Positions 9,466-19,495 are shown, counted from the first letter of the stretch. The stretch is DNA of 46,874 nt from an uncultured Methanosarcinales archaeon (GCA_964461035.1 CAYWRI010000010.1:1-46874), one strand, 5' to 3'. A program made the numbers and translations. The notes: generated from the sequence alone by a model not told the origin.

Positions 9466-10674
9466 TTATTTTTTATTTTTTATAGTTAATTCAGAACCTA
9501 TTTCTTTGCTTCTTTCAACTGCTGGTTGACCAATAGGATTTACCCCTCTTAGTAAAGCTGAATACCATGCAACATACTGAAAAAACACTAATAACTCACC
9601 AACTGTTTTTGGAGTTATTTTTTCTATTTCTAAATGAATTACGGGAATATTTTCTTCTATTGCATGTTGAAAAGTTCCTTTAAATTCATATTCTAATAAA
9701 GAACTATAAGATATTCCTTCTAAATCTTGGAGTTTACCTTTTTTTATATTGAAGTTTGATACTTTAGTAGGAACTTTAACAGATAAAACATTATCTCTTT
9801 TTTTAACCGTGATAAATAATATGATAACATTTCTTTTTCCTCCAAAAATTCTTTGATTTGTATGATGTTGGGATTCTGGTGCTAAATCACCAAATATGGT
9901 TTGGCCTTTTCCATCTTTACAAACAGTTTCATGCATTTGTTGAATAATGAAAGGTAAGAAACCAATTAATTTTGTTGAGTAAACTGGACAAAATATTTCA
10001 TTATATCCTTTTTTTTCTAATTCAAATAAAGTTGTTGCTAAATGTAAAGCAGGATTTTTATGGAAGCCTATTTTCAGACCGCATTTAGTTTGCATTGTTT
10101 TTGCACCTGCATAAATTTCTTTGATATCAATTCCTAATAATGCTGTAGGAGTTAATCCTGCTGCACTAATACCTGTATGTCTATCATCTAACTTGGGAAA
10201 ATCTTCTATAGAAGGATAAGCTAAAAAGTCTAAATTGTTTTTTTCAACAATCTTATATAATGGATTATCATTCATTGTTGTTATTATAATTTTTTTATAC
10301 TTCCAAAAAGCAAAAAATGATTCAATTGCGGTTAAATTAGTTCCTGATTTACTAATCATTACAATGAGTGTGTCCTTAGTATCTAATTTTTTCAATTCAA
10401 TAATATAATCAGGATCCACAGTATTAAGAAAATAAACTTTTTTATTAGTTTTTGATAAAGAAGTATAAAAACTTCTAAAGGGATTAATTGCACCACCATT
10501 GCCAATAATTATTATATTTGAATATGATTTATATTTTTTAACAAGAGATAATATTTTAGTTATATTTGTTGTAAATTTTACAAAATCAGGAATTTCTGTT
10601 TTTGCAATAAATTTAGAATCATTTTTTGCATTAGATAATTCTGTTTTATCATTCTCAAAATATATTTTTATCAT
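9466..10674 (-). CDS. pgi: Glucose-6-phosphate isomerase (short archaeal-type SIS-domain PGI, ~400 aa)
   Basis: IIIGNGGAINPFRSF resembles the PGI IGIGGS motif. MISKSGTNLTAIES resembles the SK(T/S)xTTxET motif. TGISAAGL resembles the wSavGl motif. The size matches the ~400-aa archaeal PGI class. Confidence 0.5.
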   Translation of the reverse strand: MIKIYFENDKTELSNAKNDSKFIAKTEIPDFVKFTTNITKILSLVKKYKSYSNIIIIGNGGAINPFRSFYTSLSKTNKKVYFLNTVDPDYIIELKKLDTKDTLIVMISKSGTNLTAIESFFAFWKYKKIIITTMNDNPLYKIVEKNNLDFLAYPSIEDFPKLDDRHTGISAAGLTPTALLGIDIKEIYAGAKTMQTKCGLKIGFHKNPALHLATTLFELEKKGYNEIFCPVYSTKLIGFLPFIIQQMHETVCKDGKGQTIFGDLAPESQHHTNQRIFGGKRNVIILFITVKKRDNVLSVKVPTKVSNFNIKKGKLQDLEGISYSSLLEYEFKGTFQHAIEENIPVIHLEIEKITPKTVGELLVFFQYVAWYSALLRGVNPIGQPAVERSKEIGSELTIKNKK

Positions 10675-10850
10675 TTTTTAAATAAATTAGTTTTCATTGT
10701 GAATTCATTATTTTATAAACTTTTTTACTAATTGTAATATTATTTAGACTTAGAACATTAAAAATATTGAGGTGAAGAATATAACCCCAATTGATTCTTT
10801 TTATTTATAACTTGAACTTATTAGTTTTTAATAAATCTTAAAGAAAATAA

Positions 10851-10967
10851 GGTGGACAGCTTCAAAGGTCTCCCACACATAAATGCAGTACCACCAAAGA
10901 CGTAAATGCGCTTTACTTCTGAGTTCGAAATGTGATCAGGTAGTTCCACACCACTATGGCCGTCCAA
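10851..10967 (-). rRNA. rrf: 5S ribosomal RNA (stand-alone)
   Basis: A G+C-rich island sits in AT-rich DNA. The reverse complement reads GGACGGCCAUAGUGGUGUGGAACUACCUGAUCACAUUUCGAACUCAGAAGUAAAGCGC...GAAGCUGUCCACC. It includes the conserved loop-C region CCUGAUC-CAUUUCGAACUCAGAAGUNAAGC. The 5' end GGACGG and the 3' end CUGUCC pair to form helix I. Confidence 0.85.
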
Positions 10968-11075
10968 AACTAAGAAACGCCGTTTTGTTTATAAATTTTC
11001 TTGTTTTGGTGATTTATACAATTTGGCCATAATATCTCAAAAACTTTAAAAAGAAATACACTAAATAATATAGAT

Positions 11076-12167
11076 ATGTTAAAAAAAGAGGTTGTAAAAA
11101 GTAAAAGACTTAATAGGCAGAAGATAATAGCTCAGCACCTAAAGATTTTAGAAGGATTAAAATATAAATCCGGTCTTTTTGCAGCATCATCAAAAGCAGT
11201 TGAAACAGGTTATGATAAAGCATGGCTAAGAGATAATTTTTATGAATGCTTAGCATTTGAAATTTTGGGTGATTTGGATACCGTTGAAAAAACTTATTCT
11301 GCAATACTTGAAACATTTCTAAAACACGAATATAAAATTGATTATGCAATAGAGAAAAAACCGCAATATAAACATGAATATATTCATGCAAGATTTCATC
11401 CTGAAACATTTGATGAATTTTGGGAGGATTGGGGAAACAAACAAAATGATTCAATAGGTGCAATTCTATTCAAAATAGGTCAATTAGAAGTCGAAGATAA
11501 TAAAAATTTACTTAATAATTCTAATTATGTGAGAATTGTGAATAAACTTGTAAAATATCTTGAATCAATTTCTTATTGGTGTGATAAAGACAGTGGAATA
11601 TGGGAGGAAGACGAAGAAGTTCATGCTTCATCAATAGGTGCATGTGTAGCAGGATTAAAATCAATATCTCGAGTAAAGGAAATAACTGTTCCTAAAGACT
11701 TAATAGAAAATGGTGAAATATCTTTAAAAAAACTTTTACCTCGTGAATCAAGTAGAAAATTTGTTGATTTATCCTTATTATCTTTAATTTATCCTTATCA
11801 TATTATTGATGAAAAACAAACAAAGCAAATACTTGAAAATGTTGAATATCATTTATTAAGGAAAAAAGGAGTCATAAGATATAAAAATGATCATTATTAT
11901 AATAAAAATACTGATGGTTATAGTGAGGAAGCTGAATGGACTTTTGGATTAAGTTGGTTAGCAATAATTTATGAGCATTTAGACAATAAAAGAAAAGCAA
12001 AAAAATTCTTAAACATGGCTATTTCCGCAAATTCAAATAAAGGTATGCCTGAACTGTATTTTTCAAATACTGATAATTCTAATGAAAATACTCCTCTTGG
12101 CTGGTCAGAATCTTTATTCATAGTTGCATTGCATGATATAAATAAAAAAGCTATGAATTCAAAATAA
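11076..12167 (+). CDS. GH15-like (glucoamylase-family, alpha/alpha6-barrel) protein
   Basis: GLFAASSKAVETGYDKAWLRDN carries the W-x-RD motif characteristic of GH15 catalytic domains. The protein is shorter than classical glucoamylases. Confidence 0.4.
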   Translation: MLKKEVVKSKRLNRQKIIAQHLKILEGLKYKSGLFAASSKAVETGYDKAWLRDNFYECLAFEILGDLDTVEKTYSAILETFLKHEYKIDYAIEKKPQYKHEYIHARFHPETFDEFWEDWGNKQNDSIGAILFKIGQLEVEDNKNLLNNSNYVRIVNKLVKYLESISYWCDKDSGIWEEDEEVHASSIGACVAGLKSISRVKEITVPKDLIENGEISLKKLLPRESSRKFVDLSLLSLIYPYHIIDEKQTKQILENVEYHLLRKKGVIRYKNDHYYNKNTDGYSEEAEWTFGLSWLAIIYEHLDNKRKAKKFLNMAISANSNKGMPELYFSNTDNSNENTPLGWSESLFIVALHDINKKAMNSK

Positions 12168-12189
12168 ACATTTTCATATAACATAAAAA

Positions 12190-12621
12190 TCAAGCTTTTA
12201 AATGTGCACGCTTTCTTTTTTTACTTGTTTGAGAATTAGGTTTATGTGCACCAAATAAAAATATTATTGCAATTACAAGAACAACTGTAAAACTAGCATA
12301 TATTGCTTGCATTGCTAAACTTTCTTTTTGTTGTTTTTCTGTTTTAAGAAGTGTTGAAAAAGAAGAACTTTCTTTTTCTTGCTTTGTTAATTCTAAAATA
12401 CTTAAACACATTTCTGGTTTGTGACACACGCCTTGATTTTCTTCATAAAATTGACAACAAACTTGAGGCGCTTCACAATCTTGCTTTCCAATAGAACATA
12501 ATGGTCGATTTGTAAGTTCAGAATAATCACTTGAAACCATCCCTGTTATACTATTTCTTACTATTCCCAAACCAAGCATTACTACAAAAAGCATTAATAT
12601 GATGATTACTTTTTTTCTCAT
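12190..12621 (-). CDS. Small Cys-rich membrane protein (TM at both ends, Cys-rich middle)
   Basis: N-terminal IIILMLFVVMLGLGIV and C-terminal VVLVIAIIFLFGA look like TM segments. The middle region contains 8 Cys. Confidence 0.4.
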   Translation of the reverse strand: MRKKVIIILMLFVVMLGLGIVRNSITGMVSSDYSELTNRPLCSIGKQDCEAPQVCCQFYEENQGVCHKPEMCLSILELTKQEKESSSFSTLLKTEKQQKESLAMQAIYASFTVVLVIAIIFLFGAHKPNSQTSKKRKRAHLKA

Positions 12622-12918
12622 AATAATAGTTTCATACTAGCTACTATAAAAAGTTTTCTATTGTCTTGGCTATTGTCGTGAGTGTTCTAAATATATCTGC
12701 GCACATATTAGTTATGAATATGAGTTCTTAATAAAATTATGCGCTCTTGCGAACAATTTTTTTTCTTAGAAGGTGCTGTTTTCCCAAAGGAGTCAACTTC
12801 TGACAATGCATTTGATGGATTATTTTAATTAGCTTGCTCTAGGTGCATAATATATATTATTTACGTCAGTAACTATATACTCGATAATTTTTTAAAGAAT
12901 GATAATATCTTATTTACT

Positions 12919-14349
12919 ATGACAGAAGAATATAAAGAAATAGGTGAATTTAGATATGAACTCTTAAAAACAGGAAATATGAAAGTTCCTGGAATAATTT
13001 ATGCTTCAAGTAAATTATTCAAGAAAATGAAGGAAGATAAAACTCTTGAACAAGTAAAAAATGTTGCTTGTCTTCCAGGAATAATAAAATCTAGTATTGC
13101 AATGAGTGATGCACATCAAGGATATGGTTTTAGTATTGGTGGAGTTGCAGCATTTGATGCTGAAACAGGAATAATAACTCCTGGAGGAATAGGATTTGAT
13201 ATAAATTGCGGAGTCCGTCTTCTTACAACCAATTTAACAAGAGAAATTGTTGAACCAAAAATATTAGAATTATTAGATGTAATATACAGAAAAGTTCCTG
13301 TTGGTGTTGGAAAAGATTCTTCTATAAGATTAAATCATGAAGAATTAGATAAAGTCCTAACTGATGGTGTTAAATGGGCTATTTCTCAAGGATTTGGAAC
13401 AGAAGATGATCTTAAAAATTGTGAATCTGAAGGTCAATTAATAGATGCTGATTCTTCTAAAGTTAGTCCTAAGGCCAAAAAAAGAGGTAAAGCTCAACTA
13501 GGAACTCTTGGAGCAGGAAATCATTTTATAGAAATACAAGTTGTTGATAAAATATATGATAAAGAAATTGCTAAAGTTTTTGGTTTTGAAAAAGAAGGAC
13601 AAATTGCGGTAATGATTCATACAGGTTCAAGAGGACTTGGACATCAAGTATGTTCAGATTACTTAAGAAAAATGGAAGATTCATTTCCTGAAATAGTTAA
13701 TAGTTTACCTGAAAAAGATTTAATTTATGCTCCAATAAATTCAGAAATGGGTAAAAATTATTATTCTGCAATGTGTGCCGCAGCTAATTTTGCTTGGTGT
13801 AATAGACATATTATTGGACATGCAGTAAAAGCATCATTCAAAAGAGTATTTGAAAATGTAGAACTGAAAACAGTTTATGATGTAGCACATAATATTGCTA
13901 AAAAAGAAGAACACATTATTGATGGTAAAAAAAGAAAAGTTTGTGTTCATAGAAAAGGTGCTACAAGAGCGTTTCCTGCACAACATCCTGAAGTTCCTGA
14001 ACATTACAAAACTACAGGTCATCCGGTCTTAATTCCTGGAAGTATGGGAACTGCATCCTATGTTCTTGTAGGAACTCAAAAAAGCTTACTTGAAACATTT
14101 GGAAGTTCAGCACATGGTGCTGGAAGACTAATGTCACGACATGCTGCAAGAAAGAGTATTGATGGTGTTGAAGTAAAAAAAGAACTTGAATTAAGAAAAA
14201 TATATGTAAAATCTCCTAGTGCCAAAGGAATAGCTGATGAGGCACCTCAAGTATACAAAGATATTGATGAAGTAATTCGAGTTACTGAAGGTTCAGGTAT
14301 TTGCAGAAAAATTGTAAGATTAATTCCATTAGGTGTTATAAAAGGATAG
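12919..14349 (+). CDS. rtcB: RNA-splicing ligase RtcB (3'-phosphate/5'-OH RNA ligase)
   Basis: Hallmarks GGIGFDINCGVRLL, LGAGNHFIEIQVVD, HTGSRGLGHQV and AHNIA...HRKGATRAF...GSMGTASYVLVG. The size is 476 aa. Confidence 0.9.
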   Translation: MTEEYKEIGEFRYELLKTGNMKVPGIIYASSKLFKKMKEDKTLEQVKNVACLPGIIKSSIAMSDAHQGYGFSIGGVAAFDAETGIITPGGIGFDINCGVRLLTTNLTREIVEPKILELLDVIYRKVPVGVGKDSSIRLNHEELDKVLTDGVKWAISQGFGTEDDLKNCESEGQLIDADSSKVSPKAKKRGKAQLGTLGAGNHFIEIQVVDKIYDKEIAKVFGFEKEGQIAVMIHTGSRGLGHQVCSDYLRKMEDSFPEIVNSLPEKDLIYAPINSEMGKNYYSAMCAAANFAWCNRHIIGHAVKASFKRVFENVELKTVYDVAHNIAKKEEHIIDGKKRKVCVHRKGATRAFPAQHPEVPEHYKTTGHPVLIPGSMGTASYVLVGTQKSLLETFGSSAHGAGRLMSRHAARKSIDGVEVKKELELRKIYVKSPSAKGIADEAPQVYKDIDEVIRVTEGSGICRKIVRLIPLGVIKG

Positions 14350-14402
14350 TGTGTGGTTCTTTTACACGACAAATATATAAAGAGAGTATTTCTTATAATA
14401 AT

Positions 14403-15587
14403 ATGAAAGAAGCAATTCATCCTGGTAAAAGAAAAATCGAAATCAGGTCAAGAATTTCTAATGATTTGAAAACTAGATTGTTAAACACAAAATTCAAAAA
14501 AGAATATCAAGGTAAAGAACTTAATATTTTTGTGGGAAGATTTGGTTATCCTCAAGTAAATGTAGGATTCTTAGGTAATGAACAAGTTGATGAAATATTT
14601 GATTCTCCAAAGCAATGGGTGAAACAAAAATTTGGAATATCAACAATAAGTGCTCTTCGTTCATCATTAATTAATTCAAGATTCAAAACAAACATAAAAG
14701 ATTTTAAAAATAAATTACTTGAACAAGCACAAGAAGTTGCATTAAGTTCAAATGCGGTAGATATGGAAATAAACTTAGAAAAACAACCCAAAAGAATTCT
14801 TTCTTTGCATAAACACAGCATACCCACAGGTCCTGCATCAACAATAAAAAATGTTAAAATAAGCTCTAATCCGAGCATTGATGAAAAAGTTGATTATATA
14901 ACATCTGATACAGATTTAAAAGCAGGAGAAGGAATATTAACACTTTATAAAAAAGGGTTTGATGAATTATTTCTCACAAAAATTTTATCAACAGGAAATC
15001 TTGGTCTTAAATATAATCGAAAAATTGTTCCAACAAGATGGAGTATAACTGCAACAGATGATACCATAGGTAAACAATTAATAACTGAAATAAGTAAGTA
15101 TCCTGCATGTGATATATTTTCAACTTTTGGAGGGCATCTTGGAAATTTTTATATTACCCTTTTTTTTCCTGGTGAATTTTCTTATGAATTATTCGAAATT
15201 GAACCTGATTCGGGAGGTGTGTGGACTGATCACGAAACCAGTTTTGGAAGAAAAACATATGCTTCCAATTGTGTTGGAGGATATTATGCAAATAGGCTAG
15301 CAATACTTGAAAAACTAAAAAAATTAAAAAGAAGTGCTTCAGTTTTAAGTATACGATTCATAACAGATCAATATTATCAACCATTAGGAGTTTGGGTTGT
15401 TAGAGAAGCATCAAGAAAAGCTTTAACGGAAAGAGAAATAAATTTTTATGATAAAAAACTAATGATAAAATATGCTATTGGACTTGCAAAAAAATACTTT
15501 AATTATGATTTAACAGAAATACTTTCTCAAAGTAAACTATTAAAAAGCATAACCTATCAAAAAAGACTTAATGAGTTTTTTAATTGA
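14403..15587 (+). CDS. nreA: NreA-like archaeal DNA-repair protein (Nre_N/Nre_C) with a C-terminal PCNA-interacting (PIP) box
   Basis: ~395 aa. The TRWSITA motif is seen in Nre proteins. The extreme C-terminus QKRLNEFFN fits QxxLxxFF. The ORF track starts at 14301, overlapping rtcB; the ATG at 14403 is preferred. Confidence 0.5.
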   Translation: MKEAIHPGKRKIEIRSRISNDLKTRLLNTKFKKEYQGKELNIFVGRFGYPQVNVGFLGNEQVDEIFDSPKQWVKQKFGISTISALRSSLINSRFKTNIKDFKNKLLEQAQEVALSSNAVDMEINLEKQPKRILSLHKHSIPTGPASTIKNVKISSNPSIDEKVDYITSDTDLKAGEGILTLYKKGFDELFLTKILSTGNLGLKYNRKIVPTRWSITATDDTIGKQLITEISKYPACDIFSTFGGHLGNFYITLFFPGEFSYELFEIEPDSGGVWTDHETSFGRKTYASNCVGGYYANRLAILEKLKKLKRSASVLSIRFITDQYYQPLGVWVVREASRKALTEREINFYDKKLMIKYAIGLAKKYFNYDLTEILSQSKLLKSITYQKRLNEFFN

Positions 15588-15635
15588 TTCTTAGAAAAAT
15601 AAAATCATCTTCATCAGATTTAACTAATAAAATAT

Positions 15636-16340
15636 TCAACTTATTTGCCAAATTAAGTCAAAATAGTTTTTATATGCTTTGGCTATCTCAGAATTTTCAA
15701 TTTTTATTGTAAATATATCTTCATTAACTAAACTTCCAATAATAACCGTGTTTTCATAAACAAAAAAACTTGTTGATGATTGATACTTTTTTGGTATTAA
15801 TTTCAAATCTTTCTTCTTGAAAAAACGCTTAAAATCATTTGTATTTGGAAGTGGTTGTATTATTTTTAAGTTAAGATTTCCTAATTCTTTTAGTAATCGT
15901 TCTTTAGTATAACCTAAGGAATTTAATATTTGAAATCCTCCACCCATCCAAAGAACTTCTGTATTAGAATTCATCATTTCAATCAGAATTGATTTTGAAG
16001 AATCTATACCTTTTAAAATTGAAACATTAGGATTCTTTTTCTTATTTACATAAAATGCACTTAATGTGGGTAATATTTTATTTAATTCTTGAGTTTGTTC
16101 TTGTTGAATCTTTTCTAATATTTTAGGATTTGTTGCTTGAAAATATTTAACATCTTTTTCAATAAAAAATGTGACAAATCCTTTATTTATTAAAATATTA
16201 AGATTATCATAAATAGTTCTTCGATGAATCTTAATTTCTTTTGAAATTTGAATTGCGGTTAATTCTCCTTTTTTTATTAATTGCAAGTAAATATTTGCTT
16301 CTGTTTCATTCAAACCCAATCTTTTTAATGTATTTATCAT
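15636..16340 (-). CDS. TrmB-family transcriptional regulator
   Basis: From the internal Met, LGLNETEANIYLQLIKKGELTAIQISKEIKIHRRTIYDNLNILINKGFV is the TrmB N-terminal winged HTH. The remainder is a sugar-binding-like C-domain. Confidence 0.55.
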   Translation of the reverse strand: MINTLKRLGLNETEANIYLQLIKKGELTAIQISKEIKIHRRTIYDNLNILINKGFVTFFIEKDVKYFQATNPKILEKIQQEQTQELNKILPTLSAFYVNKKKNPNVSILKGIDSSKSILIEMMNSNTEVLWMGGGFQILNSLGYTKERLLKELGNLNLKIIQPLPNTNDFKRFFKKKDLKLIPKKYQSSTSFFVYENTVIIGSLVNEDIFTIKIENSEIAKAYKNYFDLIWQIS

Positions 16341-16343
16341 GGT

Positions 16344-16763
16344 GTGGAGAAGCCCACACGCATATTTAAATCTTTTGATTATTTTCATTTATTTATGTCT
16401 AAATCAATGATACTTTCATTTTTGAAATATGTAATACCCATTTATGGAGATATAACTATTCATAAACACTTTTCAAAAATACGCAAAGAAAATAGAAAGA
16501 AGCTTTTAGAACATCCTCCAAACACACAATTTTTATCTGAACAAAAAATAACTGCTAAAAAAGAACTAGAAACAAAAGTAAAAGAATTAAGTCAAAAATA
16601 TGATGTTTTTATTGACATTGAAAAAGTTGAATCAAAAGAAAGGTCGAACTACGAAAGAATAAAAACACAATCAACATACATTCCCGAAATAATTGTTTTA
16701 GGTACTAAATATTTTGGTTTAATATCAATTTCCCATGTTACGTATTACAATTTTTTTTGTTAA
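16344..16763 (+). CDS. Hypothetical protein (GTG start)
   Basis: 139-aa ORF with no recognizable motif. It could be real or a spacer ORF. Confidence 0.25.
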   Translation: MEKPTRIFKSFDYFHLFMSKSMILSFLKYVIPIYGDITIHKHFSKIRKENRKKLLEHPPNTQFLSEQKITAKKELETKVKELSQKYDVFIDIEKVESKERSNYERIKTQSTYIPEIIVLGTKYFGLISISHVTYYNFFC

Positions 16764-16783
16764 ATGAGAAATTAAATTATCAT

Positions 16784-17221
16784 TCACAAATCAAGAACAA
16801 CTTGAAGCATAATTTTTTTATCAGGGATACTTGAGAAATTTTCAGTTATAATCATATCATTATAAGTTATACTTTTAATGTTTCCATGAATATCCTTGTA
16901 ATTTGATGCGTGATCACCCATTACCTTACAAGTTAAAAAAAAGCTATTTTCAAAAAATTTAATTTTCAAATCTTTAACATCATGCAAAAGAAATCCTTCG
17001 GTATCAAGTAGAAACAAAAGCTCTTCTAGAAAATCATATAATAATGATTCCTTTTTTTTTGATTTTATATTTATTTTTTTGGTTAAATTTGTTTTAACTT
17101 TTTCTGGTTCAATAAGAAGAGAAAACATTGCAAGTGCAGCATTACAAAATGATATTTCAATATTTGAACCATATGCTCTAAATTTTGCATCGGCAGTATG
17201 ATCAAGAAATTCATAATTCAT
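16784..17221 (-). CDS. Archease (RtcB activator)
   Basis: FLDHTADAKFRAYG is the archease N-terminal signature. The size is 145 aa. Confidence 0.8.
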   Translation of the reverse strand: MNYEFLDHTADAKFRAYGSNIEISFCNAALAMFSLLIEPEKVKTNLTKKINIKSKKKESLLYDFLEELLFLLDTEGFLLHDVKDLKIKFFENSFFLTCKVMGDHASNYKDIHGNIKSITYNDMIITENFSSIPDKKIMLQVVLDL

Positions 17222-17222
17222 T

Positions 17223-17561
17223 TTAATAAGTTTTCATCCTCATATCTTGTTTTTTAGAAGGCCCATTTTCTCGATCTTTTTCTGATTCATTGTAATCATT
17301 GTCAAAAGTTTTAGGTTTAAGGTTAGGATCATTGAACATATTAAAAATGTCCTGATTTTCTTCAACTTGATTATTATTTTGAATTGATGAAGAATTTTGA
17401 GAAGAATCATTGTCAAACATTCCAAAGAGTCCTTTACCTGAATCAGTAATTGGAGAAACATTTAAAGAAGAATTATTATCTCCTAAATGGTTTTGTAAAA
17501 AGTTTATTATTTGTTTTATACTTTCCTTTGAATCCTTATTTGTATCAATACTTATTATCAT
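17223..17561 (-). CDS. Small acidic S/N/D-rich protein between the radical SAM and archease genes
   Basis: The ORF is closely spaced with its neighbours (1-nt gap to archease, 5-nt to the radical SAM gene). The tail is low-complexity. Confidence 0.35.
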   Translation of the reverse strand: MIISIDTNKDSKESIKQIINFLQNHLGDNNSSLNVSPITDSGKGLFGMFDNDSSQNSSSIQNNNQVEENQDIFNMFNDPNLKPKTFDNDYNESEKDRENGPSKKQDMRMKTY

Positions 17562-17566
17562 TTTTA

Positions 17567-18703
17567 TCAGGGTTTAATAAATTCTATTTCAATTGCGAGT
17601 TGATCTGCAGTTGGATACTCGGTAACAATTGCGCATTGTTCAGGAATTAATTTTGCTAATTTTTTTGCAATACGCTGTGAAGTAAGGAGTCTGAGTTTTG
17701 AATCATCTATCTTAATTTTTTTCTTAGAAATATTATACAATTTGACAATTTTAGCTTTTAGTTTTCTTAATTCTGAAAGTTCTTCATTGACAAAAGACTT
17801 GCTTGCATCCAACAATTTATCCTCATATTTTACTCCAGGAATCATTCCAGAATAAATAACTCCTCTAACTAAAAGTCCTTCTATTGTTACTTTATCCGTA
17901 TTGAGCTTTGCTTTTTTACTTCGTAATTTAATTCTTTTTGCTAATTGAACTTTGTCCTTAAGTTTAAGGGTGCAAAAATGAGCATTGAGTTGATGTTTAT
18001 CACAAAAATCCATTAATTTTAAACCTAATTTTTTTGAACCTTTTATAGCATAAGAATTATCTGAATCAGATTCATACTTTTCTTTCATTACTTCCATATT
18101 TAAATCACTCATTTCTAATTCATTAAAATTAAAAAAATTAACTTTATCTTTAAACGAATAAATCATATTTAAGAGTTCTTTTTCTTTATCAGGAAAAACG
18201 GGTACTTCTATACCTATTTTCCATTTAAATTTTGTTGCATTATCAATATTTTTCCAATTGCTTGAATCTTCAAGATTTGGGTGAAATCTTATTTCATCAA
18301 GACCTGCATTGAATAATTGTTTTAATGTGTTTTCTGTAACTAAATCAAAACTTGTATATAAATGTACATGAAAAGAGTTACCAAATTGATCTTTAAGCAC
18401 TTTAATAAATCCTTTTGTTCTAGCCAATCTTGAAAGTGGATCTCCTCCTGTAATTCCAACACCTGTTGACTGATTTGTTTTAATTTCTTCTAAGAGCTTA
18501 TCTAAATGAAGTGGATTTATTTGAAGCTCATTAATAAAAACAACATCTTTATCTTTTTTCTTATCAGATATAGGGCAATAAAAACATTTTCTCGGACATA
18601 ATCCTGTAGCAAAAAGAACAGATTTTCTACCTTTTACACATTGCTTACATCCTTCTGCAATTTTTCCTGTACTAAATGAATAATGTTTTGTTTTTTTTAT
18701 CAT
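17567..18703 (-). CDS. Radical SAM protein, PflA-like (COG2108-type)
   Basis: ATGLCPRKCFYCP is a CxxxCxxC motif. The glycine-rich SAM motif GITGGDPL follows. An N-terminal CKQC is also present. Confidence 0.6.
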   Translation of the reverse strand: MIKKTKHYSFSTGKIAEGCKQCVKGRKSVLFATGLCPRKCFYCPISDKKKDKDVVFINELQINPLHLDKLLEEIKTNQSTGVGITGGDPLSRLARTKGFIKVLKDQFGNSFHVHLYTSFDLVTENTLKQLFNAGLDEIRFHPNLEDSSNWKNIDNATKFKWKIGIEVPVFPDKEKELLNMIYSFKDKVNFFNFNELEMSDLNMEVMKEKYESDSDNSYAIKGSKKLGLKLMDFCDKHQLNAHFCTLKLKDKVQLAKRIKLRSKKAKLNTDKVTIEGLLVRGVIYSGMIPGVKYEDKLLDASKSFVNEELSELRKLKAKIVKLYNISKKKIKIDDSKLRLLTSQRIAKKLAKLIPEQCAIVTEYPTADQLAIEIEFIKP

Positions 18704-18775
18704 ATTACTTATTATTTGGCCCTATATTTAAATGTTTTTCTGAAGAACTATTTATTAGGTAATTTATCCATAATA

Positions 18776-19495
18776 TTATTCTAATTTATCAAGTTTATCA
18801 AAAATTGAATCATTATTTTTTTTTTCTTTTTCAACATCGTCTTTTTTTGTGTTCTCATCTGTTTTATTATCAAACTTTTGACTTAAATCATTTAATGAAA
18901 GGAAAATATTTCTTTTTTTAGTGTTTTGTTTATTTTTAGAAGACGGAAGTTTAGGTTCTAAAAAACCTTCTTTTTCCTGATCTTCAAATTCAGAAATTAT
19001 TATGTTTTTCTTTTCTTCTTTTATATGATTTCTCTTTTTTTCAACAATATTTTGAAGATATTTTCTTTGAACATTAATTTTTTGAAAATTATGTCTCCTT
19101 ATGTTCAATTCATTTAATGCTTTTTGTTTATTTATAGTATCTTCCTCTTTCTCTTTCTTTTTATGTGCTTCAATTATTTTTTTAGTTTTTGGAGCTATTT
19201 TTCGGGCTCTTTTCAAGTGTTTTCTATTAATTATTTTCTCACTTCCAAAATAAATAAATATGGGTATAATGATTAGAAGAAGAATAATTATTGCAATAGT
19301 ATTTGAAGCCTTAATTTCTTGTTGTCTTAATAATTCTTGATTACTTAAAGTTTCAGTATCATTATCTTCTGCAAACACAATTAATGTATTTAAATGAATT
19401 AATATAATTATGCTTAATAGGGTAAATATGACTTTTAAGTCAAAATGTACTTCTTGCTCTTTATTTGTGCTCATATATCTTATTTTATATCTCAA
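18776..19495 (-). CDS. Membrane-anchored K/E-rich hypothetical protein
   Basis: Two hydrophobic segments are followed by a highly charged K/E coiled-coil tail. Confidence 0.35.
   Translation of the reverse strand: MRYKIRYMSTNKEQEVHFDLKVIFTLLSIIILIHLNTLIVFAEDNDTETLSNQELLRQQEIKASNTIAIIILLLIIIPIFIYFGSEKIINRKHLKRARKIAPKTKKIIEAHKKKEKEEDTINKQKALNELNIRRHNFQKINVQRKYLQNIVEKKRNHIKEEKKNIIISEFEDQEKEGFLEPKLPSSKNKQNTKKRNIFLSLNDLSQKFDNKTDENTKKDDVEKEKKNNDSIFDKLDKLE

Noticed and set aside
12630-12900. Moderately G+C-rich intergenic region with short inverted repeats (tgcgcaca...tgcgctcttgcga)
   Set aside because: I looked for tRNA-like T-loops, C/D-box or H/ACA signatures and found nothing convincing. It is probably a promoter/leader for rtcB.
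14301-14402. Track start of the NreA-like ORF at 14301 (MQKNCKINSIR...)
   Set aside because: It overlaps the last 49 nt of rtcB in another frame and encodes a Cys/basic junk leader. The ATG at 14403 (MKEAIHPGKR) gives a sensible N-terminus.
16341-16388. Track start of the TrmB-like ORF at 16388 (MKIIKRFKYACGLLHT...)
   Set aside because: The wHTH domain starts at the internal Met (MINTLKRLGL). The longer form would overlap the upstream ORF.
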